This document shows, piece by piece, positions 25,338-33,856 of a stretch of 39,646 nucleotides of DNA. The stretch is from a virus. The notes beneath the pieces are model-generated. The model saw nothing but the letters and a program-made list of their open reading frames with translations. It was not told the DNA's origin and did no database searches. The translations under genes were made by a program, and so were the position numbers. Location of the stretch: the IMG/VR virus record IMGVR_UViG_3300037461_000591; one strand, written 5' to 3'. How positions within the stretch are numbered: the stretch's first letter is position 1; each line of letters opens with the position of its first letter.

Positions 25338-25668
25338 CGTTTAACTGTTTTAAAAGGTTCTGATGTATCTCTTCCATATCTTCCGGTGATACCTGGCATT
25401 CTGCTTTTTTCTTTTCTATCTGTTTCAAATCATCACGTATCTTGTAAATGTCCATCACGCTTCCCGGCTTGTCTTCTCTCTTTATGTTCGGGTTGCCGAT
25501 AATGAGATGGAATACTATCTCTCGCATCAGCCATGCTGTCGACCGCTCCCAGTTTGTCCAGTACCCTCGTGCTGCTGTGTTAAATTCAGGGAGTGTTGCC
25601 GACCTCCATCTATCTGTTGTCCATCCCAACTCTCCCAGGGCAAACTCCCGAAGCTCCACGAGGGTCAC
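25321..25668 (-). CDS. Tail assembly chaperone, frameshift extension (gpT-like; expressed as a G-T fusion)
   Basis: It lies in the -1 frame relative to 25665..26048 and has no ATG (the ORF-track Met is a GTG at 25668..25666). The slippery heptamer sits 2 codons upstream. Confidence 0.75.
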   Translation of the reverse strand: MTLVELREFALGELGWTTDRWRSATLPEFNTAARGYWTNWERSTAWLMREIVFHLIIGNPNIKREDKPGSVMDIYKIRDDLKQIEKKKAECQVSPEDMEEIHQNLLKQLNDGAVK

Positions 25669-26048
25669 TCTTTTTTTGGCTCCTCGCCCTCCTTCGGCTT
25701 CTCTGCGCTCTTTTTCAACTTGCCAAGCAACTCAGTAACTCCTTTGAGATACAGATCACGGCTCTTGACGCTCATATACTCATGCCATACAACAGCATTC
25801 GAGTGCTTGTATTTTGGCTTTTTCTTAAGTACCATACAAGCAGAAAGATATGCCTGCCACAATATGCTCAGTGACACATCATAAGTGCCCACGTTCTTTT
25901 TATCAAAGAGATCAAAGAAATCCAGCCCCAGTTCATCGCTCGTAAGTTCAAGGGTCATGATCCGAAACAGGAATGGTACATTTTTTTCGTACATCAATCC
26001 AAATTTCTTGAAGGGCATCTGGACCATCAGTATATCATCTTTTGTCAT
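25665..26048 (-). CDS. Tail assembly chaperone (gpG-like), 127 aa
   Basis: It sits between the tail tube genes and the tape measure, has an acidic/lysine-rich C-terminus, and has a slippery site at its 3' end. Confidence 0.8.
   Translation of the reverse strand: MTKDDILMVQMPFKKFGLMYEKNVPFLFRIMTLELTSDELGLDFFDLFDKKNVGTYDVSLSILWQAYLSACMVLKKKPKYKHSNAVVWHEYMSVKSRDLYLKGVTELLGKLKKSAEKPKEGEEPKKE
25671..25677 (-). promoter_or_regulatory. -1 programmed ribosomal frameshift slippery site A_AAA_AAA
   Basis: The minus strand reads GAG CCA AAA AAA GAG TGA. The heptamer is in X_XXY_YYZ phase in the zero frame. The -1 frame continues AGA GTG ACC CTC GTG GAG, which is RVTLVE... of the downstream ORF. Confidence 0.8.
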
Positions 26049-26812
26049 GAAGCAACATGTTTAAAAGCGTAAATTGAAGACAAGGCCCAATTTGCTGCTC
26101 CTGAATTCCTCCATCTGAGTGAGGCCGAGGCATCATTCCCTGTCACTGTTAATGTCAGGATATTAAGCCCTGCCACAAGGGTAGCCACATTTGATATATC
26201 TGCACTTGTATTGTCCCAGATGGCTACTGATGGAACCTCCCCGGAATTCAGTGTCAGGAATACAGCTACCTTGATCACATCCCCCAAGCTCACACTGAAA
26301 GTATTTGAATTACAATAGGCTGCCCCTGCTGCATTTATAGCAGATGTTATCGCAATACCTGAGACAGTCAGTGTATCATAATCAGTACCCCCGGCATCCG
26401 GGTCTGTGACCAGTGCTGCTGATGTACCTTTAAGCTGATACAGTGGCCCCTTGAGTTTCAAAGAACCTGAAAGAGCAAATGGGTTTTCCTGTGGTGCAGA
26501 TAGCTTAACACTTTTAACATCCACCTCTCCGACAAAAGGATAAGTGACCCCCCCGGTGATGACCATGAGCAATGAAGTCCTCGATGTTATATATGCAATC
26601 AGCTCTCCGCCTGAAAGACCGGTCGTTGAGAACAAAGCATCAAAGTCTATCGAAGCTCTTCTAAGTCCGTTCATGTGCTCCTCCCACCCCCCTGACTCTT
26701 TATTCGTGACATCCGGGAGGTCTTGCTCTGCCGAGACATCCAGACCTTTTTGCAAGGCAATAGCGACACCATCAGCATAGAGCAGAACGAGTGTTCCGTT
26801 GATCTTTGCCAT
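26045..26812 (-). CDS. Major tail (tube) protein paralog 2, TP901-1 family core plus a ~125-aa C-terminal beta-sandwich-like module
   Basis: 255 aa. The N-terminus MAKINGTL...EQDLPDVTNKESGGWEEHMNGLRRASIDF parallels 26817..27218. The C-terminal module resembles aa ~100-212 of 20380..23736. Confidence 0.75.
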   Translation of the reverse strand: MAKINGTLVLLYADGVAIALQKGLDVSAEQDLPDVTNKESGGWEEHMNGLRRASIDFDALFSTTGLSGGELIAYITSRTSLLMVITGGVTYPFVGEVDVKSVKLSAPQENPFALSGSLKLKGPLYQLKGTSAALVTDPDAGGTDYDTLTVSGIAITSAINAAGAAYCNSNTFSVSLGDVIKVAVFLTLNSGEVPSVAIWDNTSADISNVATLVAGLNILTLTVTGNDASASLRWRNSGAANWALSSIYAFKHVAS

Positions 26813-26816
26813 GACG

Positions 26817-27218
26817 TTAGGTTATTAATGCCAGTGCTCCGTTGCCCTTTATTGAGCCGGAATAATCATTTCCTGCCTCCATTGGTGCGCCAAGTTTTAT
26901 ATTCTTGAACGTACCATTGCCTTGCCAGCCTTTTGTCGAGCCGGATGTAGGTTTAAAACCTATCACCGTATCAGCGGTCCGGGCAATGATGATAGCCATA
27001 ACCTCGTCGGCTGTAAGTCCTGAACCGGACTCATCATACTTACCGCTGAAGTCAATGCCCCATCTTCGGATTCCGTTAATATGTTCATCCCATCCTGCCG
27101 AGTCTTTATTAGTTACATCCGGCAGATCCTGCTCCAGGTTTAGTGAAGCATCGGTGAGGCAGATCATCTTATCACTGCCTGAGTACACCGCATACAAAGT
27201 TCCATTAATCTTTGCCAT
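26817..27218 (-). CDS. Major tail (tube) protein, TP901-1 family
   Basis: 133 aa. MAKINGTL...EQDLPDVTNKDSAGWDEHINGIRRWGIDFSG matches the Phage_tail_2-type signature. Confidence 0.8.
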   Translation of the reverse strand: MAKINGTLYAVYSGSDKMICLTDASLNLEQDLPDVTNKDSAGWDEHINGIRRWGIDFSGKYDESGSGLTADEVMAIIIARTADTVIGFKPTSGSTKGWQGNGTFKNIKLGAPMEAGNDYSGSIKGNGALALIT

Positions 27219-27221
27219 AGT

Positions 27222-27656
27222 TTATTCAATTAAAAAATTATATATATCAACCAACCTTATTCTTGTTTTTCCTGTGTCACCGAGATCCTCAACAAAGTTT
27301 AAAGGACCAGGAGTAAATGTTATCAACGTCCTTCCCCCACAAGAGAACGTCGTCAATCGAGCAGGCTTTAAAAGTCCCCTGACAGTATTAAGCACTGCCT
27401 GCGCCCGCTCACGAATAGCTTTCATATTAGCAGCATCACAAACGATAATCTGGACAGTCCCGTAGTAAACAAAGTCATCCTTAGTGCCATCCTCATCCTG
27501 AAGTACGTCACCGATATAAACATAAAGTTCCGGTGGAGCTTTTGGTACTGTCTTATAAACAGGGACCTCCACGCCTCCATAGGTCACCTCTCCGTCAAGG
27601 ACTGCAAATATCCCTGTTATAAGATCTGCTGATATATCAACGTGTGCGGTGCTCAT
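27222..27656 (-). CDS. Tail completion/terminator-like protein, 144 aa
   Basis: Assigned from its position between the gp10-like protein and the tail tube protein. The assignment is positional only. Confidence 0.5.
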   Translation of the reverse strand: MSTAHVDISADLITGIFAVLDGEVTYGGVEVPVYKTVPKAPPELYVYIGDVLQDEDGTKDDFVYYGTVQIIVCDAANMKAIRERAQAVLNTVRGLLKPARLTTFSCGGRTLITFTPGPLNFVEDLGDTGKTRIRLVDIYNFLIE

Positions 27657-28096
27657 CCTTTAATAACTTTATTGATCTCTTCTGTAACTCTCTCTCTGAG
27701 TAGTTTATCTTGTTTCACAGCAGCATAACCCAAATAAGAGTCTGCTGCTATTTTTGATGTTCCAAATTCAATATAAGGGGCATATTCAACATTTGTCCCT
27801 GCGACAGCCTCTACCTCTCCAATTTGCTCACGGAGCGAGCCGTCAAAAGCATTTCCGTCCTTATCTGAATAATTGAACGACTGCCCCTCTTTTGTCTCTG
27901 CATGTATCGAGGCCCGGAGCCGTCCGGTAATTATATGACCGTCAGATGTAAGTTTCTTTTTAGCATCTGTTTCAATAGCCAGGGCAGTACGGTTAACTCC
28001 ACGCTTGACCGCTTTCTGTACCTCGACCCCGACTTTTTTCATGTCGGCAATAAGACCGGGAACACCCTCTACTATAACTGCCTTGCCGTAAATCAT
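27653..28096 (-). CDS. HK97 gp10-family head-tail joining protein
   Basis: 147 aa; TGRLRASI ... GTNVEYAPYIEFGT is the signature of the HK97 gp10 family. Confidence 0.8.
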   Translation of the reverse strand: MIYGKAVIVEGVPGLIADMKKVGVEVQKAVKRGVNRTALAIETDAKKKLTSDGHIITGRLRASIHAETKEGQSFNYSDKDGNAFDGSLREQIGEVEAVAGTNVEYAPYIEFGTSKIAADSYLGYAAVKQDKLLRERVTEEINKVIKG

Positions 28097-28413
28097 ACTT
28101 TCGTTGCTGTAATAATTTCTACTACCCCCCTCTGTGAATTGTCCTTAACCCTCCGGGGGGGCATGATGGGGTATAAGGTTTTACCGTTATAAACAATCTT
28201 GATCTTGCTATCCCAGCTGTTGTCCCAGAGTTTTATACTATAAACTTCCCTGTCAACAAGCTGATCTACCGAGTAATATCTTGAACCTGAAATCTGATTG
28301 ACCTCTGCCCTGCACTCGACACCCGTCCCCCAGGTCTCAACATCATTGCCTGAGACGGTTGTCTCAACAAGGGTATAAATGGTTATAATATCAAACAGAT
28401 TGCCGGTTCTCAT
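28093..28413 (-). CDS. Head closure / head-tail adaptor protein (SPP1 gp16 / HK97 gp9-like)
   Basis: 106 aa; supported by position and size. The pattern ...W....A.V...SG.... is typical of Phage_H_T_join proteins. Confidence 0.65.
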   Translation of the reverse strand: MRTGNLFDIITIYTLVETTVSGNDVETWGTGVECRAEVNQISGSRYYSVDQLVDREVYSIKLWDNSWDSKIKIVYNGKTLYPIMPPRRVKDNSQRGVVEIITATKV

Positions 28414-28961
28414 AATCCTGTATTCTGATCAATTGAATCAATAAGCTGAAGAGTATCATAAGGAATCCTCGACAGCGAGACCTCTGATCCGTCCTGCGGG
28501 TTGTTGAACATCGTATTCACTATACGACGGATACACTCGTTAGCTGTCTTATTTGCGGCTCCTGCTGTAAAAACAACCTCTACATAATAAGTCTCCGACC
28601 CCCCTCCGATCTGAATTGTACCGTAAGTTACTGCCGGACGCACCTTAACCTGGTTCATCCCTTTTTGTTCATAAGTTGTTGATACCCCGCAAACCGAAAG
28701 TGCAATAGCAGGAGCGGAAGCAACAGGACTCACCGGCAGTTCATACCAGCCGGACGAGTCCCTGTCTCCCTTTTCAAAGTAAGCCGTATATTCTTTTGAT
28801 ACACAAGACAGACCTGTCCGGTTTTCAAGCCACTCACGGGCTACAGTGATAAGATCACGAATCCGAGAATCCATGTCTGTACCCTTATAACCCATGAGAG
28901 TTTTCATCTCTTCAACAGTCACGGGCTCCTGAATCCCGGTAGAATTAACTTTTAAGTCCAT
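28410..28961 (-). CDS. Head-tail connector protein (gp6-like)
   Basis: 183 aa. VTVEEMKTLMGYKGTDMDSRIRDLITVAREWLENRTG matches the N-terminal signature of gp6-like connector proteins. Confidence 0.75.
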   Translation of the reverse strand: MDLKVNSTGIQEPVTVEEMKTLMGYKGTDMDSRIRDLITVAREWLENRTGLSCVSKEYTAYFEKGDRDSSGWYELPVSPVASAPAIALSVCGVSTTYEQKGMNQVKVRPAVTYGTIQIGGGSETYYVEVVFTAGAANKTANECIRRIVNTMFNNPQDGSEVSLSRIPYDTLQLIDSIDQNTGL

Positions 28962-28973
28962 CCTGATAGGTAT

Positions 28974-29147
28974 TTACTTCGTTTCTCTTTCTCTGGCTTC
29001 TTTGTCCTCTTTGCCCTTGACCTCTTCTGCAAAGCCCTGCTCTTTAAGCCTGGTAGCATGATTGTCAGTGACAAGTTTCACGGTTCCTTTTTTGTCAACA
29101 TGCTTGTTGCCGTGCTTGAAATCCTTGATAAATCTTACTTTTTTCAT
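28974..29147 (-). CDS. Small Lys-rich protein, 57 aa
   Basis: ORF track 28974..29213. The start is moved to MKKVRFIKDF because the upstream part overlaps a terminator hairpin. Confidence 0.5.
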   Translation of the reverse strand: MKKVRFIKDFKHGNKHVDKKGTVKLVTDNHATRLKEQGFAEEVKGKEDKEARERETK

Positions 29148-29164
29148 GGTTTGTATTTTTTTGT

Positions 29165-29201
29165 TTTTAAAAATAAGAGGGAGAGGGTTGCTCCCCCTCT
29201 C
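29165..29201 (-). terminator. Intrinsic terminator / attenuator after the capsid gene pair
   Basis: A 7-bp GC-rich stem GAGAGGG/CCCTCTC (29181..29187 with 29195..29201) is followed on the minus strand by CCTCTTATTTTTAAAAAC. Confidence 0.55.
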
Positions 29202-29228
29202 GATGACTGGCATTTTAAAGAGTGCCCT

Positions 29229-29762
29229 CTAATAACGAAGTCCGATTTTGAGAGCGAGTTTTGATGTTATTGAGCAAGTATTTGCATCACCACCCACAGC
29301 CTCAAATTTAAGGTAACGCCATAGTACGCCGGTCGTTACATCTTTAAGCGACTGTGAATGACTTGTAGCAGTAGTAAGCTGTGCAGCAGGAAGATAAGCG
29401 GTAGTTGGATGCATTAGACATGAATCCAGCTTTGTCCAGTATGTCCCGTTAACACTGCCATAAGTGTTATAAGTCACATGGTTGCCTGCAGCCCTGCCGA
29501 CGGTGAGCACTGTATCATATTCAAAAAGAAACTGATAATAATACAGTGCGCTCTTATTGACTGCAAAGATCCAGTAGAGGGTTGTTGCCCCTCCGATGGA
29601 GTCTTTCAGCGACGTAGCATCCCAGTCCCCGGTATGGGTATAGTTGAATGCCACTTTATAGGTCTCGTTTGTTCCGAGCGTGTAAGTCGTCCCGGTTGTC
29701 TGTCCGAGGGAAATTGTCATCAGCGCAAATATCCCTGCAAGAATTAAGATTAACTTTTTCAT
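29229..29762 (-). CDS. Signal-peptide-bearing beta-rich protein, 177 aa (function unknown)
   Basis: It has the N-terminal signal-like MKKLILILAGIFALMTISLG, an aromatic-rich beta pattern, and ends ...KLALKIGLRY. It lies between the major capsid and connector genes. Confidence 0.7.
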   Translation of the reverse strand: MKKLILILAGIFALMTISLGQTTGTTYTLGTNETYKVAFNYTHTGDWDATSLKDSIGGATTLYWIFAVNKSALYYYQFLFEYDTVLTVGRAAGNHVTYNTYGSVNGTYWTKLDSCLMHPTTAYLPAAQLTTATSHSQSLKDVTTGVLWRYLKFEAVGGDANTCSITSKLALKIGLRY

Positions 29763-29782
29763 CGTATTGTCCTCCTTTGTTT

Positions 29783-31042
29783 TTATGATGCTGTTATTTC
29801 TGCGAGTATATCTGCTATTGCATCGTAAACGAATGCATAGATGTTCGGAGCCGGGAATTTAACGGCTGCCCTCACTGAAGCAGTGATGGTCTTGAGATCA
29901 TATTCCGGGTCTGTGCTGTCCTGATCCCATATCTTCAGTTCAAGTCCTCTCTTTATGTAGAGGGTGACACGCTTAAAGTCACCGACAAGAACATGAGTGT
30001 CTGCTATCAGGCTCGAAGGAACGATCCTCATTCCTGAAACATTCATCCCGCCCGATGTTACAAATGGAGGGATTATGTACTGACCGTTTGCATCCTTTGT
30101 CATTTCCATCTCTGCAAAAGTAGCAGGGCTGACAAATGTAGCATTTGGAACGAAGTTGTATTCTGCAATCTGGTTGGCAGCTGCACGGATAGCATCAAAG
30201 ATGTTAGCTTTGAATATCTTACCGTCGAGCGAGTTGCTGGCATAAGCCGAAGCGGTGGTTATAATACCGTCCAGCTCAGGACTTGTCCCGTTGCCTTCAT
30301 AAAGCTGATCCTCAAGGTCGCGCTCTACCATCGGCAATAGTTCATTCTTGATCTGTGTCAGCATCTCATCCCAGTCCTCAAGTGCTTCGTTGGTGACCTT
30401 GATAAAGGTTCCTATTTTTTCTACCTCTGCACTCTTCTGGATGTATGTCATGTCGCTCTGTCCGTACTGTCCTGCTTCAGCAACAGAGTCTGCTCCTGCT
30501 GTACGTGCAGAACGTTCTACCCATGTCACACGGTTCGAGTTGGTAGTTCCGCGGTTTACAACGTCGAGCATCAGTATCTGACGATCCGGGAGCTTCTCGA
30601 CTCCTGGAGTACGCATCGGAACGATAACGGCATTTGCCAGGGCACTGTCACTAAGTTCCGTATATGTATCAATCGTCGATACCTTTAGTAAAAGCCTGGG
30701 ATCGAAGTCCTTCATCTCAAAGACGAACGCGCCTCCGGGTTTCAGGTTCTTGCCTTCAAGAAGCTGGGCTTTCCCTTTCTCCTTGTAAGCTTTTTCAAAC
30801 TCTCCGAATAGAGAGACAGGTTTGCCCAGGGGCTTGTCTTTCTCGAGCTGGATGGCATCAAGCTGATCGCTCAGTTTCTTGATCGAGAGTTCTCCAGCAT
30901 TTGCTTTGTTCACAAGCTCTTCGATCTTATCCTTTGGAGCTTTCTCTTCAATGAGCTTCTTCATCGCTTCCGTAGCATCATTGAACTTTTTGACCTCCGC
31001 ACTGATCTGGTCTGTCAGAGCTTTGATTTCAATGTCTGTCAT
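29783..31042 (-). CDS. Major capsid protein, HK97 family
   Basis: 419 aa. An N-terminal coiled-coil delta-domain-like region is followed by a Phage_capsid-like body. It lies directly after the HK97 prohead protease. Confidence 0.88.
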   Translation of the reverse strand: MTDIEIKALTDQISAEVKKFNDATEAMKKLIEEKAPKDKIEELVNKANAGELSIKKLSDQLDAIQLEKDKPLGKPVSLFGEFEKAYKEKGKAQLLEGKNLKPGGAFVFEMKDFDPRLLLKVSTIDTYTELSDSALANAVIVPMRTPGVEKLPDRQILMLDVVNRGTTNSNRVTWVERSARTAGADSVAEAGQYGQSDMTYIQKSAEVEKIGTFIKVTNEALEDWDEMLTQIKNELLPMVERDLEDQLYEGNGTSPELDGIITTASAYASNSLDGKIFKANIFDAIRAAANQIAEYNFVPNATFVSPATFAEMEMTKDANGQYIIPPFVTSGGMNVSGMRIVPSSLIADTHVLVGDFKRVTLYIKRGLELKIWDQDSTDPEYDLKTITASVRAAVKFPAPNIYAFVYDAIADILAEITAS

Positions 31043-31043
31043 G

Positions 31044-31763
31044 TTAATGATTTTTTAAAGTTGATAATATAGATTCCAGTATTTGTTTCGGCTCAACGGC
31101 CTTCAGAGTGGGATTAGCTCCCGGCTCCTGTACCTTGAGTGAATTTACAATGTTTTGAATTTTCCCTATCTCGGCTTCAAACTGCTCGCAGGTCTCGTCG
31201 GTATATTTACCGTTCTTAAGTCCCCGGTTCAAAGCATCGAGTCTTTTGTTAAGGTTGGCCATTATATCAGCTATCTCTCCTTTTGCCGATATAACCTCTG
31301 TCAATGAATTTGATCCCCAGGTTACAGATGAGTATTCCCATAGTTTCAGTTCAATGAGCTTTCGATATTGAAGATTGCCATTAGCATCCAGGACGTCTTC
31401 GCGCTTGACAATGTTATATCCGATAGAAAGCTCGGTGATGATCTTGTCAACATGAAGCTGGAACTTATCCTGAGAAAACGTATCCTTGCCGAACATAGTC
31501 TCAAAATACAACCCTTTATCATCTTCCTTGAGTACCTTCGGTATCCCGATAGGCTCCCACGAAGAATGCTGCCACAGATGTTTTATCCGTGGCCGTTCTG
31601 CTGATGGTCCTCGCTCCTGAATGGTCTTAAGAAAAGCACCGGGAAGCACCATGTCATTGTCACTGTCGATAGTATTAAAGACAGAACAATAACCCGTCAC
31701 GATGCCTTGCTTCTCATCGACATCCTTGAGTTCAAAATTACTCTTTATCTCGAAGTTTTTCAT
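31044..31763 (-). CDS. Prohead maturation protease, HK97 family (S78)
   Basis: 239 aa; GIVTGYCSVFNTIDSDNDMVLPGAF and HLWQH are characteristic. Confidence 0.85.
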   Translation of the reverse strand: MKNFEIKSNFELKDVDEKQGIVTGYCSVFNTIDSDNDMVLPGAFLKTIQERGPSAERPRIKHLWQHSSWEPIGIPKVLKEDDKGLYFETMFGKDTFSQDKFQLHVDKIITELSIGYNIVKREDVLDANGNLQYRKLIELKLWEYSSVTWGSNSLTEVISAKGEIADIMANLNKRLDALNRGLKNGKYTDETCEQFEAEIGKIQNIVNSLKVQEPGANPTLKAVEPKQILESILSTLKNH

Positions 31764-31774
31764 ATCCTATGTAT

Positions 31775-32527
31775 TTAAACATCAACATTATATATAATCG
31801 TACATCTGCAGTTCACGATCTCTTCAGCAGATCCGTTAGGATCGCACGGAAACAAAAGGCCCGGAGCATACTTATATTTCATGTCAACTTCTCCGAGGGC
31901 CTCATAAGCCAGGTGTGTAGGGCGTATTCCGGGAAGATGTGACGTGAACCATAATTTCTTAATCTCGTAATCTTCAGCTACCGCAGCGTCATAACTTCCT
32001 TTATTGCTTGAACTCATAACCTCTGTACGTGCGATCCTTTCTGCCTGGTACTTGTTTATCTCTGTCAACCCGTTGACAAGCTCCCGTCGCATATTTCGCT
32101 GAATCTCAGGTATCCCCAGTCCCCGCTGAATACCATCCTCAAGAATTTTGTCTATCATACCATTGACTATCTTAGTCTGAGAGTCCATCAGAAGACCAAG
32201 AACTTTAACAGATCGCTCCCGGATGTATAAACGAAAATAATCCTCCCAGTAATCAATATTTTCATTTGCCTTTTTTGTCATCCTCTCGATTCGCTTCAGA
32301 GTATCAACGGCAAATATCGATCCGGTCTTAATCCAAAGGTCTGTAATATAATCACTGAGATAATCAGGCTTCATCAATTTCGGGACCCGCTGCTTGAGGC
32401 TGTCGATGTCCATGTCTCCAGCGACATCAATTACGCTTTGCTGAGTCTTGAGCAATACCCGCTGACCTTGTTTCCAAAATAATCGTGTCAAAGAACTTCG
32501 TTTTATCTCATCAGTTATTAACTGCAT
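31775..32527 (-). CDS. Minor head protein, SPP1 gp7 / Mu F-like
   Basis: 250 aa; the C-terminal NCRCTIIY motif and the position after the portal gene support the call. Confidence 0.8.
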   Translation of the reverse strand: MQLITDEIKRSSLTRLFWKQGQRVLLKTQQSVIDVAGDMDIDSLKQRVPKLMKPDYLSDYITDLWIKTGSIFAVDTLKRIERMTKKANENIDYWEDYFRLYIRERSVKVLGLLMDSQTKIVNGMIDKILEDGIQRGLGIPEIQRNMRRELVNGLTEINKYQAERIARTEVMSSSNKGSYDAAVAEDYEIKKLWFTSHLPGIRPTHLAYEALGEVDMKYKYAPGLLFPCDPNGSAEEIVNCRCTIIYNVDV

Positions 32528-33845
32528 GGCGATAATCCTTTATTTTCAATGCTTTTAAAACTCCTTCTGTCAACGCACTGTCAGGCATAAGTCCCAGCTC
32601 GTCAAGCGGAACAGTACCGGCTGATTCATAAACAATATCCATCCGCGGATCGTCCATTCTCTCAGCACCGGCAGCCTCACGAATCTCATTCTTTGTAAAG
32701 CTCCTTGAAAGTACCATCCATGCGACAAGCTCTGCTTTATTCTTCTGCAATACCGGTATATGTGAATAATCAGCCCTGATAGTCTGTCCCTCTTCACCAA
32801 AAAGAGGAGCCAGCCATCTTGTCAGTTTCTCAAGGTAAGCATCAAGTGAAGGCATTATAGCATCTTCATACAGAGCTTTCTTTGCTTCGAGATAATTCAT
32901 GTATGTCCTGTCTTTTGACCCTGAGATCAACATTGAAGGAACATTATACGCATCACATATACGGCCACCAAAAGCAGACAGCGAGTCCAATATAGCCATC
33001 TCTTTAGCTGTCATCCCGAAGCTCGTCCACTTATGATCCTTGCTTGTTATTACTATTGATCCTGCTTTTGACGCTCCGCTGTACTCTTCGCGAAACTGTT
33101 CTTTTATCTTGCTCATCAGAGGCTTACCGATACCTCCGGGATTTGGCTTTCCGTCCTCTCCGAGTATCGTTAATATGCCGACTGCTCCCTGATGCTGAAA
33201 CGAAGATACCAAAGCATCATAAGCAGACCCGGAACCGACAACTGACTTAAGGATAGGCTTCAGTCGGCTCATTCCCAAAAGATGACCGCTGCCCTGAGTA
33301 TCATAGTCAGGATTAAACTCTTTCCAATGCAGTACCTGTTTCTTTTCGTAATCCATGACACTGCCATTCATCAGGAACTTATAACCCTGAATAGGACTAA
33401 GAACTGTTCCCAGAACAAACTCCATCCATTGAGGAGGAAGGACGTCCAACCGAATGGGGAGGTTGGCATTAAGTCCATTAGGTACGGTCTCGAATGCATT
33501 AAAACAATTTCCAAATATAAAGTAAAACGTTAGTGAAGCCTCAATAAACTCTGCACGGCTCATGTAAGGATTTGGATTGTTCAACAGCTGGATCATCCTC
33601 CCGGCCTCAACAATCTCACCGTCTTTGTCATACTGAAATACAGGAACGGTGCTAGCTGGTTCTGTTATCTTATTAATCACTGTGAATACATCTCCATTAC
33701 CGGTATATCCTTTAAGATAAGTGTCGTTCCCATAATCAGGATATATTGCTATGTTAGCTATCTGTCGAAGCACATAGTCATCCAATGTGCTTACCTTTGA
33801 GAGCTTTGAAGGGAATAGGTTTGATATTCTGCTGAATAATCCCAT
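32511..33845 (-). CDS. Portal protein
   Basis: ORF track 32511..33911. The start is moved to MGLFSRISNLF (ATG 33845..33843), just downstream of the TerL stop. The ~444-aa size and its position between TerL and the MuF-like gene fit a portal. Confidence 0.85.
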   Translation of the reverse strand: MGLFSRISNLFPSKLSKVSTLDDYVLRQIANIAIYPDYGNDTYLKGYTGNGDVFTVINKITEPASTVPVFQYDKDGEIVEAGRMIQLLNNPNPYMSRAEFIEASLTFYFIFGNCFNAFETVPNGLNANLPIRLDVLPPQWMEFVLGTVLSPIQGYKFLMNGSVMDYEKKQVLHWKEFNPDYDTQGSGHLLGMSRLKPILKSVVGSGSAYDALVSSFQHQGAVGILTILGEDGKPNPGGIGKPLMSKIKEQFREEYSGASKAGSIVITSKDHKWTSFGMTAKEMAILDSLSAFGGRICDAYNVPSMLISGSKDRTYMNYLEAKKALYEDAIMPSLDAYLEKLTRWLAPLFGEEGQTIRADYSHIPVLQKNKAELVAWMVLSRSFTKNEIREAAGAERMDDPRMDIVYESAGTVPLDELGLMPDSALTEGVLKALKIKDYRHAVNN

Positions 33846-33856
33846 ATAATAGTTTT

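Noticed and set aside
23101-26422. A diversity-generating retroelement (template/variable repeat pair) as the explanation for the shared module in the tail tube paralog and the Dit-like protein.
   Set aside because: No reverse transcriptase gene is present in the genome. The two modules are similar only at the protein level, with many non-adenine-type differences.
26905-27465. A 186-aa plus-strand ORF, together with other plus-strand ORFs such as 11414..11824, 11574..11933, 20276..20632, 25507..25884, 10675..10956 and 24598..24891.
   Set aside because: All lie antisense to minus-strand genes with strong family signatures (tail tube, ATPase, Dit, chaperone, RecT, tape measure). They have low-complexity Ser/Leu/Cys-rich translations and no independent start context. 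No plus-strand gene is supported anywhere in the window.
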